Part shown: positions 51,733 through 63,437 of the stretch, in pieces
How the letters are laid out: the number at the start of each line of letters is the position of its first letter
How positions within the stretch are numbered: position 1 is the first letter of the stretch
DNA from: Phallusia mammillata
Taxonomy: Eukaryota
Direction: 5' to 3'
Assembly (NCBI GenBank): GCA_965637545.1
Contig: OZ281500.1
Coordinates: forward strand, 3,782,001-3,846,000
Length of the DNA: 64,000 nt
Position numbers and translations under genes: made by a program
The notes under the pieces: model-generated
What the model was told of the DNA's origin: nothing
Database searches by the model: none
Seen by the model: the letters and a program-made list of their open reading frames with translations, nothing else

Positions 51733-52099
51733 TACCTGCAAAACAGGGCCACAGAAAAAAGACGGGACGTGAGAGTAAAAAAGTGTAGTTGTCAAACAGG
51801 TGTAGGCCTACGTTAAAAATTATTCACTATTCTAGGCTAAAAAAATATTTTGTCCACCAGTAATGATTTCTTTAGTTAAAAGGCAAATATTGTATACAAT
51901 ATTATTCCATTTTTGAATTAAACATTTATATATTATTGTGGTTTTTGCAAAATTTCCCTGTCGCTGTGTGCTTTAGCGTCACCCTACGACTAATCTAACT
52001 CGACTCGCGGGATAAATTTGATTGACACTTGTCGGTTTGTTTTGGTAACGTGTTTACTTTTGTAAACTTGTAATTAGCATTTTTTGCAACATTACGACC

Positions 52100-55000
52100 A
52101 TGAGCGACGAGTTCCGAATTCACCATTGTGCAAATCAGCTGATTTATTTGTTAAAGTAAGTTTATTTGTTGGTTGTTGAGGTTTAAACTAACGATTTTTT
52201 AGGTAACCAAACGACTGAGTTTAAAAATCCACACTATCATTTTTCATAAGCTATACCTAGTTTACGTGGATTTACAAACAATACATTATATTGTCCAAAT
52301 TACAACCTCATATTAATGCAACTTGTAGAGCAAGTGAGGGACAGAATGCTGCAGAAATATCAGACCTTCTGCTAAAAAATCGAACACCATTTCGAACCAC
52401 CCAGGTATACATTGTTCAAATTTTGATTTGATTTTAAATTTTACTTTTATGTTTTGGTTTGTGTACAGGTTAACACCCATACTGCAACAGTTCGTATTTC
52501 AGAAAATGCTGCAAAACCTCAAGAGTTTATTAACAAATATGAAGAGTTAAAGGCCAAAAAGTAAGTGTATGGAACAAAACATGGGAAATCAACTAATACA
52601 AAATGCTTTTTTAAATGTGTGTATTAGGGTTGTGGAGCCTAACATGTTATTTAGAATCATCAAAGTTGCAGTTTTAAAGTGGAGTCGTGTTGGTAATTTA
52701 AATATGATAGATTTTTTTGACCACCTAAACTTTTGCAATTTTATTACAAGACAGCTATAATTTGTACAAGTGCAACATGAATAAAGGCTTTGGGACACCA
52801 TATACGGATCTGTTCATAACTTTAATGGTGAAATAACGGCCCAAATAGATGTAAAAAGCGACATGCTTTATTGTTCAAACGTTTCGGCCAATGCTCATGC
52901 CATCATCAGTGATGTGAATAAAGGTTTGTCTTTCAAAAATACGAAGGGCATTTTATAAGGCTCTCTGATTGTACATCAAAATTGACTTTGGATAAAAAAA
53001 TACCACTTTGTCCTGACAATGTTAAATGTTTTGGTTGGAGTCATAATTGGTTTACTTAATTGAGTGGAGTGTAAGTCAGAAAATTGTAAACAACTCTACA
53101 TCTCTGGTATATATATATATATGTATATATATATCCAATAAGTTTGTTTATTTCACTGTCTATAACACAACATAAAGCATTAAACTTGCCTATTTTGTTG
53201 CTTTAAAGCTGAGTTTTTTAAAAGATGATTTTGAGTGCATAAAAAATACCTTGAAAACAAACAAATATTTTTTTCAAGTGTTCGAAATGTTGACTCTCTT
53301 GTCTACTTGCTTTCGGAGATCATGGAAAACAAAGAGATTAAGGACACTTTGGTTTCCTGTGCAGATGACAAAGGTGATGCAGCAAAGTTAATTCCTCATC
53401 ATCCACCAGGAGGTCTTGGATCATCTCTAGTCACTCTTCCACCATCTGGATCAAAACTTACTGCTCAGGAGCTGATTGAGGTAGGAACATTTTGTCAGTG
53501 AAATTAAATGTATGCAGTTTATGATTTTTTTCATTCACATCTCAATGAAACTAACCATCCTGAAAATCTTGTATAACTTTAAATATCCATTAAAGTGTTG
53601 CTTGTTGTTTTTTTGGTGGTCTTTTAACCAAAAATCTGTTATGTTTTTGTTGTAACATGTGGAATCAAAATCTAATAAAGTGAAAAAGACATAAAATGGA
53701 TAGAACAATAATTAAATAGAAATGTATATAGCTAAATGTTTTTTATTGCAACTAGGGTAAGTATCAATTAAACCAGCCAAAAACATTTTAAGTTCAGAAT
53801 GGAAAAAATAAAGTCTAGTTTGAACTAAAATCCACTAGTGATGGGACGGGTACCCGGTACTCGGTATCGATGGTATCGAACGATTTCAGTGGTATCGATA
53901 CTCGTACTCAGTATCGAAATTTTTTGTCTCAGTTTTTGATACCAATGTGCGAGTACCGAAGGTCCATTTACACCATAAGAATACGTGCAACTTTATGCCA
54001 ATATTTGCTTCGGACAGCATAAAATTGGAAAAAAGTTCCGCCAGGTTACGTTTATTTATTTTTTTCATATTTTTTTTTTCACTATCGTATGGAGATTACA
54101 TTTTTCTGCATGTGTGTGTGCGCATGCCTGTACCCCGGCCATGACAGATAAATTAGCCAGTGATATACAACTAAGTACAACACTGTACTTAAGTACTCTG
54201 TAATCATAGTCGGTACTCGGTATCGAAGGTATATACATGTGGTACTCGTACTCGGTACTCGCTTCAAAACCTGGTATCGTCCCATCACTAAAATCCACCT
54301 ACAGTAGCAGTTTTCCGGTGATTACTGTTCTCTACATCAATACAACTCAAAACCCAGTGTATAAACCCTAGGTCTATTGTGTACAACGGTTGATCTGTTT
54401 GGCCTAGGGTTTATGCACTAGGTTTTGACTTGTAAGTTCAGAATTGGACATGTTCTTTAAAATAAAATATTTTATCTTTTGTTAAGCTTCGAAGCAACCT
54501 GGAAAAAGCTGCAATAACAGGCACTGGTCAGCTCACTGCAGAAGCAATTCGCAAAATGCTGCATGATCGCCACCAGTCGAGGGCGCCAAATCATGTTGTA
54601 CCTTCACCTCCTCCATGGCTTGTTGGTCCGATGAAACGAAGACACTTAACATATGATTTTCCATTCGACACCAGCACACAACATACGGTATGTGACACAA
54701 TAAATTATTCCCCTTTTTGCTGCTGATTTGAAATTTTCGGTGTCAATTTTATTAGCCTTTTAATGTTTATCATACTTTTCAAAATATATATTTTTTTTAA
54801 CAATGCCTTGCTTCCTTACAGGGCCAGATAAGCACAGTTTGCTTGTTGTAACTTAGGTTGTATTCATTCGAAATCAGTAAAATAGAATCGTAACATGGTA
54901 AGTGAACAGCCTTTTATAGGCTCACGAAGTTATTGCAAATGCACCAATTACATTCCTGCAGTAGGCACAAATCAAGCGCGTACACACAAACAACGGATAG

Positions 55001-58000
55001 CAATTAAAATTACACAAGAATGCCATGAGCCACGTGCTCGGGAATAGCGCGGTTGCGTTCCACAACAGTAAACATCTTGCTTAAATTTTAGAATGTGATG
55101 TATATCAACAATCTTTTAAATACTAATAATATTTGTATTGTGAATAGCTTGCACATGATTCTGGACTAGTGTTGGTTTTTACTGCAAAAAACAATTGAAG
55201 CTACAGCAGTTCCTCGTGATGCTCTTTTGTCCATGATGTTTGAAGTCAAAATATTTCAGAGTTAGCTGTCAATAATGTTATCACTTATATTGAAGAAACA
55301 AAATTTGTAGCCAAAATGCTTGTTCTGTATGCTAACTATAATCTTACTCGAAAATTCAATCATCCATTATTATTTTTAATTGGATTGATGGTACATGACC
55401 TAAAATGAATTGAGAACCACTGTGCTACATTGTTGGATAATGTTTGCAACTAAATAGAAACCAAGAATAAATTGTTTGTAGTGTGATAACTGTTGTTGAC
55501 AAGATGTATTTATGCTATTACCCCATTTCACAGGGGACCACTCTTGGAAACCAATCACTAAGACTCCAAGAGCAAGCAGTGGTGCGAGATCTATTGGCTG
55601 TATTGTCTGGGATCGAGGGAACCCATATTCTAGTCAGGCAGGGCGATGATAAGTATTCTCCAAGAAGGTTTATCCTCGAACCAACCATGGGTAAGAGAAA
55701 AGAAGAACATAGGACTGCCATGCTTACATTTTTGTGTGATGCGTTGTAAGATAAATTGATCAAAACTGGATGAGTTTTGTTTGGTTAAATGCTAAGCTGC
55801 CTATTTGTTTGCTTTGGTTATGGATAGACATGCTTAGATTATTATAATGTCCAGCTAGTATAAAAAAGTAATAACACATGTTCTTAAAATGCTAAATTTT
55901 TCCACTGAGTAAATTACTACATGACCTTTGTTTTGACCTTTAATAAATAGATTGTCGGCCAGCTCATCTGTAAAAGAAACAGTCAGTGTTTGGATTTAAA
56001 TACTCTTTTTGCTAAACTCGTTAAGATATAACTGCTGTTTCGTGATTTATTTATTTATTTCCTGTTTAGGACTAAAGATGCCATATATTTGGGCGAAATC
56101 GATTTAAGTGTTTTGCAAAAGGAAATATACAGACAGATTTAAGTGTGTGCTGAATTTGTCAGCTAATTAATGCTGTTTCTGATTGTGATTATTTTAGAAA
56201 AACATGTGAAAATGCCATGTGCTTTTTAACTCTTATTATTTGATAAAGAAAAAAACAATTTTATACTGTACATATTGACTAATGACAATTGTATGGTAGA
56301 TGTCTCACTTGCTGAAATGGTGAATTTGGTTGTGCCCATCGCCAGCTCCTACTCTATTGTCATCGGCTTCATTGAAGGTAATATCGATACATACGAGAAT
56401 AAACACTAATGACACCTTGATTTGATTAGAAGTTTTTATTGGAAAAAAGTATGTAATGTCACAAATTTTGAAACAAGGCCAACTACCAAACTTTTATAAG
56501 AGTTTTCTAAGGTACTGTGCAGGTATTTTGTGGCACATTTTATTTTCACTTATATTAGTATTAGCTGCAATGAAATAATTGAGAAAAAAGGTGTTGAATC
56601 AGGCCATCAGTCTATTATTTTCGTTTTAGATCTGTTTAGTGGATATGATTATCCATCTTTTTTTAACAAGTGATTATTGTTTTGCAGAAAGAAGTTTGTT
56701 TGAGTATGGAAAAGTCAACCATGCCTTGTGTTCAGCCATGAAAACCATTATAAGGGTGAGTCGAAACTTTATCTTTGTTGTGATGTATAGCAAAAGCCCT
56801 CTATTTGCTTGTACATGTGGCAAGGTTTTGCTTGTACATGTGGCAAGGTAGCACATATGTTCCAAGTTCTCTACCTTACTGACAAAAAAACGACCTAATT
56901 CATGTGGTCGAACTGGCGATCAACTTTTCTGGAGTTGACATGCACCAGGCAGGCAACGTTGCTTGTGATTCGACTTTTGGCTGGTTCACCACTGAGCCTG
57001 CGTAACTCAGTTGGCGGAGCAAGAGTCCCGGTAAGACTCTGTCATGGGTCCAAATCTCACCCCAGGGTAGATTTTTCTAGCCTGTGCCTTGCCATGGGAA
57101 TTGGAGACAGGCTTGATTACATATGGGCCTGGCCTACCATGATTTATCAAAAAGTATGCCGTGATCACTGGTCTCCATGGATGCTTCAGGGCTGATCCCA
57201 GTATGAATGTGTTCATCGTAGCTAATTGGGACATTCCACTTAGCTATCAAAGGCTCTTACTTCCATTTACATTATATCATACTACATACAGGTAACCCTA
57301 TTTTTTTACCCAATGTTTAGGAATACCAGATTAACCTTGCACAGTTGGATGACCACCGTCGTCGTGGCGATTTATCCCTACAGCGTCTGGTGTTTCTTCT
57401 TCAACCAGTCCTCAGACAGATGTCAGTTCTCTCTTCAGTGGCTATTGCAGTTGAAAGAGGCAACTGCCTTGGGGGCTCGGTCCTGACATTGTTACACAAG
57501 CGAATTATGGGCAGCGTTGGGTAAGTAACATATATTGTCAAAAAATAACAGAATCTTAACCAAAACTTCTCAGATTTGCATTGTTTTCATATTGTGACAA
57601 ACTGTCTCATCAAAATGATGAAATTTCCTCAATTGAAGCTTGTTGTTTTGAAGTAAAGTGTTTATAATTTAGTTCAGTGGTTACATTATTGCCAATTTGC
57701 TGTTGACCACAATTTATGATAATAAAACGACTATTCTGACACTCTGGCACTGTGGCCTATTACACATTTGCTGTGGGGTTTAAGAAACAGTCCCTTTAAG
57801 CATCTTTTATATTTGTTTGTTAAGTTTTGATACTTGCTTTAAGGGTGTACTTCCTTGTACTTTGTTTGCATAAGAAATACAAATTATTTAAAGCTTTTGT
57901 GGATATCTTATAGAAACGTTAATGTCAATTTGACAGAGTTGTGAATCTCTGATCCCACCGTCTTTCTTTAGAAACATTGAACTGTGTGTTTCAGAGATAA

Positions 58001-60239
58001 AGTTGCAGAACAACTGTACACATACCTTGCACAACTAGCAAACGTTCCATATTTGGAGATGCTTGAAAAGTGGATATATAAGTAAGTATTACTTACTAAG
58101 TAATATCTCTGTCTAAAACCCCACTGAAAGTTGCCTTTAAAATGAATTCAGAATAATACCCTAATATCTCATTGAAGAGTCCCAGAAAGGCCCATGTCCC
58201 ACTGTAGGGTAGATTTTAAGCTGATCTTGTATAACACCTTCAATAGGCCTGGTGAACTATGATTTGTTATCTCATTGACAACATTTTGGTAGAGGTGAAA
58301 TCGTGGACTACTACAGTGAATTTCTTGTGGAGGAAAGAGAAAAGTTCAGTAAAGACAAGCTTTTACAGGATTATAATGATCAGTATTGGGAATCGAGATA
58401 CACGCTGTGCAGAGACAGGATACCAGTTTACCTTGAACAGGTAAAAGCCATTTTTTTAACTTTTCATTGATGTATTGGAAAAAGGAGATATGTTTCTTTG
58501 ATTTTGTGTTTCTAGGCCATGTTACGTTTTGTTAAAGCATGGTTCATATGCTTTTGCTAAAACATTATTAATTTTTTATGTTCTGTGTAATTCTTTTGTT
58601 ATAGCTTATGAATGGGGAAAGAGGGTGAACAACTTATCACCCAAACTGTCTTTCCATTTGTAGATATTCTCAGAAGATATAAAAACATCTATAGTGTATG
58701 TGTAGGTATTTAGAGAAATGCAACTTATGTATTTTTCAGATGGCAGATAAAATTCTGAGCACTGGTAAGTATTTAAATGTTGTTCATGAATGTGGAAAAA
58801 CTGTGTGTTTTCCGGGAGCAAGAGAGATAGTGTACAGCCCAACCAAGAAAGAATATGTCAAGCAAATTGAAGAGGTAGAACAAAAATATATTTTTCATTA
58901 GTTGTGAATACAATTTTGGTATTAATTGTTGAAATGTACAGTTTTACAGTGGGGTCACCTTGCTCATAAAAATGTTGACTTTTCATTATTTGGCGGAAAA
59001 TGAGTAGCGTAGCACAATGGATTCCTACGGTTTATGTATTGTGAAATACTGTATTTGACGTTTTGATGATTGGTGCTTAATATGTGTTGTTTATTGCTTC
59101 CTTTGGAAATATTATGATAAATGTAGTTAAGAATGGCGAGTTTAAATGTAGTCATATCTTTGTCAACACTTTTAAATGCTCAGCTAATTGTAACAGCACT
59201 TGACTACAGGTTACGGAAATGTTGATTTTTCAGTTTTTGCTTGAAAATTAGTAGTGCAGTACAATGGCCTCCTATGGTTTATGTATTGCGCAATACTGCA
59301 TTTTACTTTCATAATGATTGGTGCTTCGTATGTGTTGTTTATTGTTTTCTTCAGAAATATTAGGATGAATGTAGTTAAGAATGACGAGTTTAAACGAAGT
59401 CATCTTTGTCAACAGTTTTAAATATTTGGATAACTTTGCAACACTTAACTACTGGTATATATGATTTTTTTCTTTTAGACTCACAGCTATGCTAGCAAGC
59501 TTCTTCTCGATCTGTTGATGAATGAACACAACCTCGCCGCCCGTCTGAGGTCAGTAAAGAGCTATTTTCTACTCAACGAAAGCGATTTTCTCCTTCACTT
59601 CATGGACCTCACTGAGACTGAAATGAAGATGCGAATGCAAGGTAGGTTTTGCCAGGCTGTATCCGTGTGAGGATTAAAATGAATATGTTTTAACATACGC
59701 AAACAAGTTTATTGTGACTCAGTTAACGTACTACATGGCACTAATGTAAAAAAATCAATAAGTATCGCTGAAATAACAGTTAAATGGAAACATTAGATTT
59801 TTCTATTTTGAATGCCTTTTCTAATTTTAATCCTTTTTATTGCTTTCTAGACACTGAAGATGCTTTTTAGCGAATATAATTTGTTTTTACAACACTACAC
59901 TGATTTCAGCCTGGAAATAAACATTTCCCGAACTTGTGATTTGTTAAATATGCGTAGTTAATTATTGCCCTTTGTTTGGTTAGGTTAATGGCTACCTCAA
60001 TAAAATGGCTAGGTAAATGGCTACCTTTTTGTAAAATACTGTTGAGGTAATTGCGTAGGGCATTGGCAAAATACGTTAAGAGCCATTGGGATAAAGCCAA
60101 CGTTGCCTGTAAAGTTCCAAAAACAACCATCTTTGTGCTTTTCGCTTACAGACATTATGCCAAATCGTCTGGAAACGCTTTTGGAACTTGCACTAAGAAC
60201 AAGCACTTCGGAACGCGACCCATATAAAGACGATCTTAA
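52100..60239 (+). CDS. TUBGCP2: Gamma-tubulin complex component 2, 5' part (continues past the window end)
   Basis: MSDEFRIHH~MSEFRIHH, LLKNRTPF, KYEELKAK, NVDSLVYLLSEI, QEQAVVRDLL, FEYGKVNHAL, GNCLGGSVLTLLH, PYLEMLEKWIY, DYNDQYWESRYT, MADKILSTGKYLNVV, LRSVKSYFLL and RLETLLELALRTST...DPYKDDL; 14 GT-AG exons from 52100 to 60239. Confidence 0.96.
52874..52912 (-). ncRNA. Minimal type I hammerhead ribozyme motif (family 2, intact core) in a Penelope-like pLTR fragment
   Basis: The minus strand reads TCA-CTGATGA-T-GGC(ATGAGCATTG)GCC-GAAAC-GTT-TGA, followed by AATAAA. Palindromic AACGTT stem III, GUU cleavage triplet, stem I only 3 bp. Confidence 0.65.
53836..54290. mobile_element. hAT (Ac/Tip100-like TAGTGATGGG ends) MITE in a TUBGCP2 intron
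   Basis: TIR TAGTGATGGGACG / CGTCCCATCACTA; exact TSD AAATCCAC; many GGTACTC/GGTATC subterminal repeats. Confidence 0.93.
56994..57290 (+). mobile_element. tRNA-derived SINE in a TUBGCP2 intron
   Basis: A-box-like TAACTCAGTTGG (57003-57014), B-box-like GGGTCCAAATC (about 57046), a body shared with 3028-3240, and a TAC(A)-rich tail. Confidence 0.7.
58965..59455 (+). repeat. Diverged tandem duplication of about 250 bp in a TUBGCP2 intron
   Basis: ATGATTGGTGCTT, ATGTAGTTAAGAATG and TCTTTGTCAACA each occur twice, about 250 bp apart. Confidence 0.85.
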
Positions 60240-60385
60240 GTAAGCTTCAACATTTTTATCCTAAAATTGTTTGATTTAATTTAAAGCAAAGGGTAATACT
60301 GGTTACATTTATTTTACGTAAGTCACTAAAAACGCTTTTAGCATAGTTTAGAAAAAGGGGTAAAATAACACCATTGGGCCTAAAG

Positions 60386-60966
60386 CAGTGGTTCTCAAAG
60401 TATGGGTCGCGACCCAAACGTGGGTCGCGCAGGTTCAAAAAATGGGTCGCGCTATGATTCAATTCTACCCAAACAAACTATTACTGCATTAAGTAAAAAC
60501 AAACGAATTTACTTAATGTAGTAGTAGTAAAGTCCACTCACTCGACCACGTTGTACAGTAAAACGAACTAATCATTGCAAAATACCGACAATAGCCTTCA
60601 AATTGTACTGTTACGCACATGGCGATTGTTACGTCATAGCACGGGGAATAAAAGTTAATCATGCGAAACTGAACGTGGAGATGTAACAGTTACCGTTTAA
60701 GGATTAGTAAGTATTCGTACAATGAACCTTTTTTAGATTTGGGATTCACTTCTATCAATGATCATGGTGCTGCAAAGCCACAATGTTTGTTGTGTTATGT
60801 AGTATTGTCAAATCGAACTCGTTAAGCCATTTTGACATGGGCAGACTCCAGTGCGGCCACGACGTGGCCTCGAAATTGTTAAATTTTTTTATGTTTGAGG
60901 CTTGGGTCGTGAGATGTTCATAATACTCAGATTTGGGTCGCGGTCAAAAAAGTTTGAGAACCACTG
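60386..60966 (+). mobile_element. Internally deleted Buster/Charlie hAT element retaining a transposase N-terminal (BED-finger) fragment
   Basis: TIRs CAGTGGTTCTCAAA / TTTGAGAACCACTG; exact TSD GCCTAAAG; 60697-60815 translates to LRISKYSYNEPFLDLGFTSINDHGAAKPQCLLCYVVLSN. Confidence 0.9.
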
Positions 60967-62774
60967 GCCTAAAGTAACGGAAAAGCTTTAAAATCGTAGT
61001 TGCCTATTTCTAAAAACAACAATTTTGTTGGAGGCAATATATATGAGTTATGAATACAAATAGTATTGTTGGTACAATTTATGGGTAATTAGGGACTTCT
61101 TTCCTGAAGGGGACGCATCTTTATTTCACTCTGTTTTTTTCCGCCGTGATTTCAATATGCAAAAATTACGGAAGGTATAATTATGAAATAATTTCGTGTC
61201 TGTGTATGAGGCTCCTATATGAGTGTTTGAGTTAATGAACGACCCTAGAACACACTTTGTTAACCGAAAACCCCGGCAAAATCTTAATTATCCGTCAGAG
61301 TAACATTTGTGGTAACACAACAAGCAGAATATCATTACAGGATTTTACTATACCCAAATATTTGCAAACCTATTCCATACATTATGTAAATTAATTAGAA
61401 AACCCTCAGATTAATTTCTAACGATGCACAGATCAAGCCGAACAGTCTGACGATCAGTCTTAGCTGTTTTTACGTCATCATGTATTTCGCTTTGTTAGCA
61501 CACGAAAGGCGTTCAAAAAGTCTGACGCATATGGCTACTAGGCTGGTAATACTTTTTCCAGCCCAACAAAATCTATTTATAGCAATTTTGAAATCCAAAT
61601 ATTGAGCAAAGAGTTTATTTACTTTACGGTCGCCAGTACGTATATTTTTAATATACACGTTCACGGCCGCAGGATGTGCACCCTTGCAGTAAGCTATTAA
61701 TAAGTCTGCTTGCTGTGTAAAAAAACTAAATATTGGCGCGACTTTGCATTAATAGAACCACAACTGCATCTAACTGTATCTTTACAAACAACAAATGACC
61801 AACACATTTTCTCTAACTTGTTTATAAAGACACAATATATGGAGGTATCGAAATCACTGCCAACATTTCAATCGTAAAGTCATAAATATAGAAAACAGTT
61901 TGTCGCATAAAAAATATGAAAGGTGACAGCGATCAACTAGCTGTGTATTGCAGAGAGGTAGTATTCTGTTTTGTACGTTTTAAAACCAATCATCGGAGGT
62001 AATGCATCGTATTGAGGTAGAAAGCACTAGCTAGAATATTTCGCAGAACAAGTTGCATATAAATAAAGCTACATTTTTATAGCACGCATGTAGTATACAA
62101 AAAACTGTACGGTACCACATAGCAATTTTATATTAGCTGCTGTTTAAAAGTGTATCAAAAAATGCTGTTTAAAAAATGTACTGTTTTGGGTCATTGTGTA
62201 TAAAAATTACGTGTCGGATACGTTTGTCTCATGATATTCGCTATAATTTGAGTAAGTAATGAACGATGTACAACGTTTCATTTTAGTGGCATGTTCATTG
62301 TTTTCATGAATTGTAACAACCAGAGTTTAATCATAATTGAGCAAAAAAAGTTTTTTCTTATTAGGACTTTACTTAAGCTTAAGCTTACTACTCGATAATA
62401 ATCGACTCGCTTGCCAGGCAAAAGTATATGGATCAGGTTTATACGTTATGGCAACTGACCTTTAATTTCGAAATGTCACCCTTAAAGTACGTTGTTGTTA
62501 GTTGTTACTACAGTTTGTGGTAACGGATATTTGTATTTTTTGCCTTATTATTATATCAAAACGTTTTACATTTATACGGTATTTTGAACTTCAAGCCCCA
62601 AGGGTAAGGTGTGACTGGTTCGTATTCAGCACAACCATTAGTTAAAAGACATTTTAAAAATATTGCATTAATTTGCCTCGCCTAAACCGTGCATTGTATA
62701 AGATAAAGATAATACAGCACACAAATCACTAAATCATGAAATTAATTTAAAACCATACAATTTTAAGTTTATTC

Positions 62775-63437
62775 TTATACCGAGATTGTACCTTCTGCTG
62801 CTTTTAGCCACTTGTAGTAAACAACAAGATCCACATGTGGACCAAAATTCTTACCATGAAATGGTTTAGTCCCATCATAATCAAGAAAGTCTTCGAAACG
62901 CGATCGCTTTAAAACCTTAAACCCCATTTTATCAGCTATGCGGTGCATAAAGCTGTTAGTTGAATACATTCCAATAGCTTCACAACCTATTTCAACGCCC
63001 TTTGCTACACTTTGGTTCAAGAGTTTTGTTGCAAGACCAAGTCCTGCATATCTTGAACTTACACTGGCTGAGCCGAAAGTCATGTAGGTTCTCGCACCGA
63101 TTTCTTTGCCAAAATCTCCTGATGACTTCATATAGCGATAAAGAACTGAACTTCCACAACTTGGCACCTCGTGTGCTGTGCTGGGTGATATGGTATTCGC
63201 GCACATTGCAACCAAACACCTTGTGCCTTTCTCCCGATATCCAAAACACAGGTTGCACGATAGCATGTTTTCAATCCTTGGAAAAAGCACAAGTTTTAAC
63301 TGGTCTTCAGTCATTGATGTAATTTGCACCATTGGATTGTCTTTGAAGAAGTTGTTAGCAAGGAAAGTCTTTACTTCTTGGCTGTTGTCTAAAGTCAGAG
63401 TCACCATCTCAAGCCCTGCTTTGGTAGCCTTGTCCAT
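62775..63437 (-). CDS. GNAT acetyltransferase, insect-type arylalkylamine/dopamine N-acetyltransferase-like; single coding exon, 220 aa
   Basis: FFKDNP~FFKDEP, SVSSRYAGLGLATKL~SVDTNYRGLGIAGRL (acetyl-CoA motif A) and KMGFKVLKRSRFEDF...PF...GPH~KLGFHEVFRMQFADY...VF...APH, compared from memory with Drosophila Dat/AANAT1. Confidence 0.8.
   Translation of the reverse strand: MDKATKAGLEMVTLTLDNSQEVKTFLANNFFKDNPMVQITSMTEDQLKLVLFPRIENMLSCNLCFGYREKGTRCLVAMCANTISPSTAHEVPSCGSSVLYRYMKSSGDFGKEIGARTYMTFGSASVSSRYAGLGLATKLLNQSVAKGVEIGCEAIGMYSTNSFMHRIADKMGFKVLKRSRFEDFLDYDGTKPFHGKNFGPHVDLVVYYKWLKAAEGTISV

Noticed and set aside
56994-57065. tRNA gene (also the head at 3180-3240)
   Set aside because: A and B boxes are degenerate, there is no full cloverleaf, and both continue into a shared SINE body.
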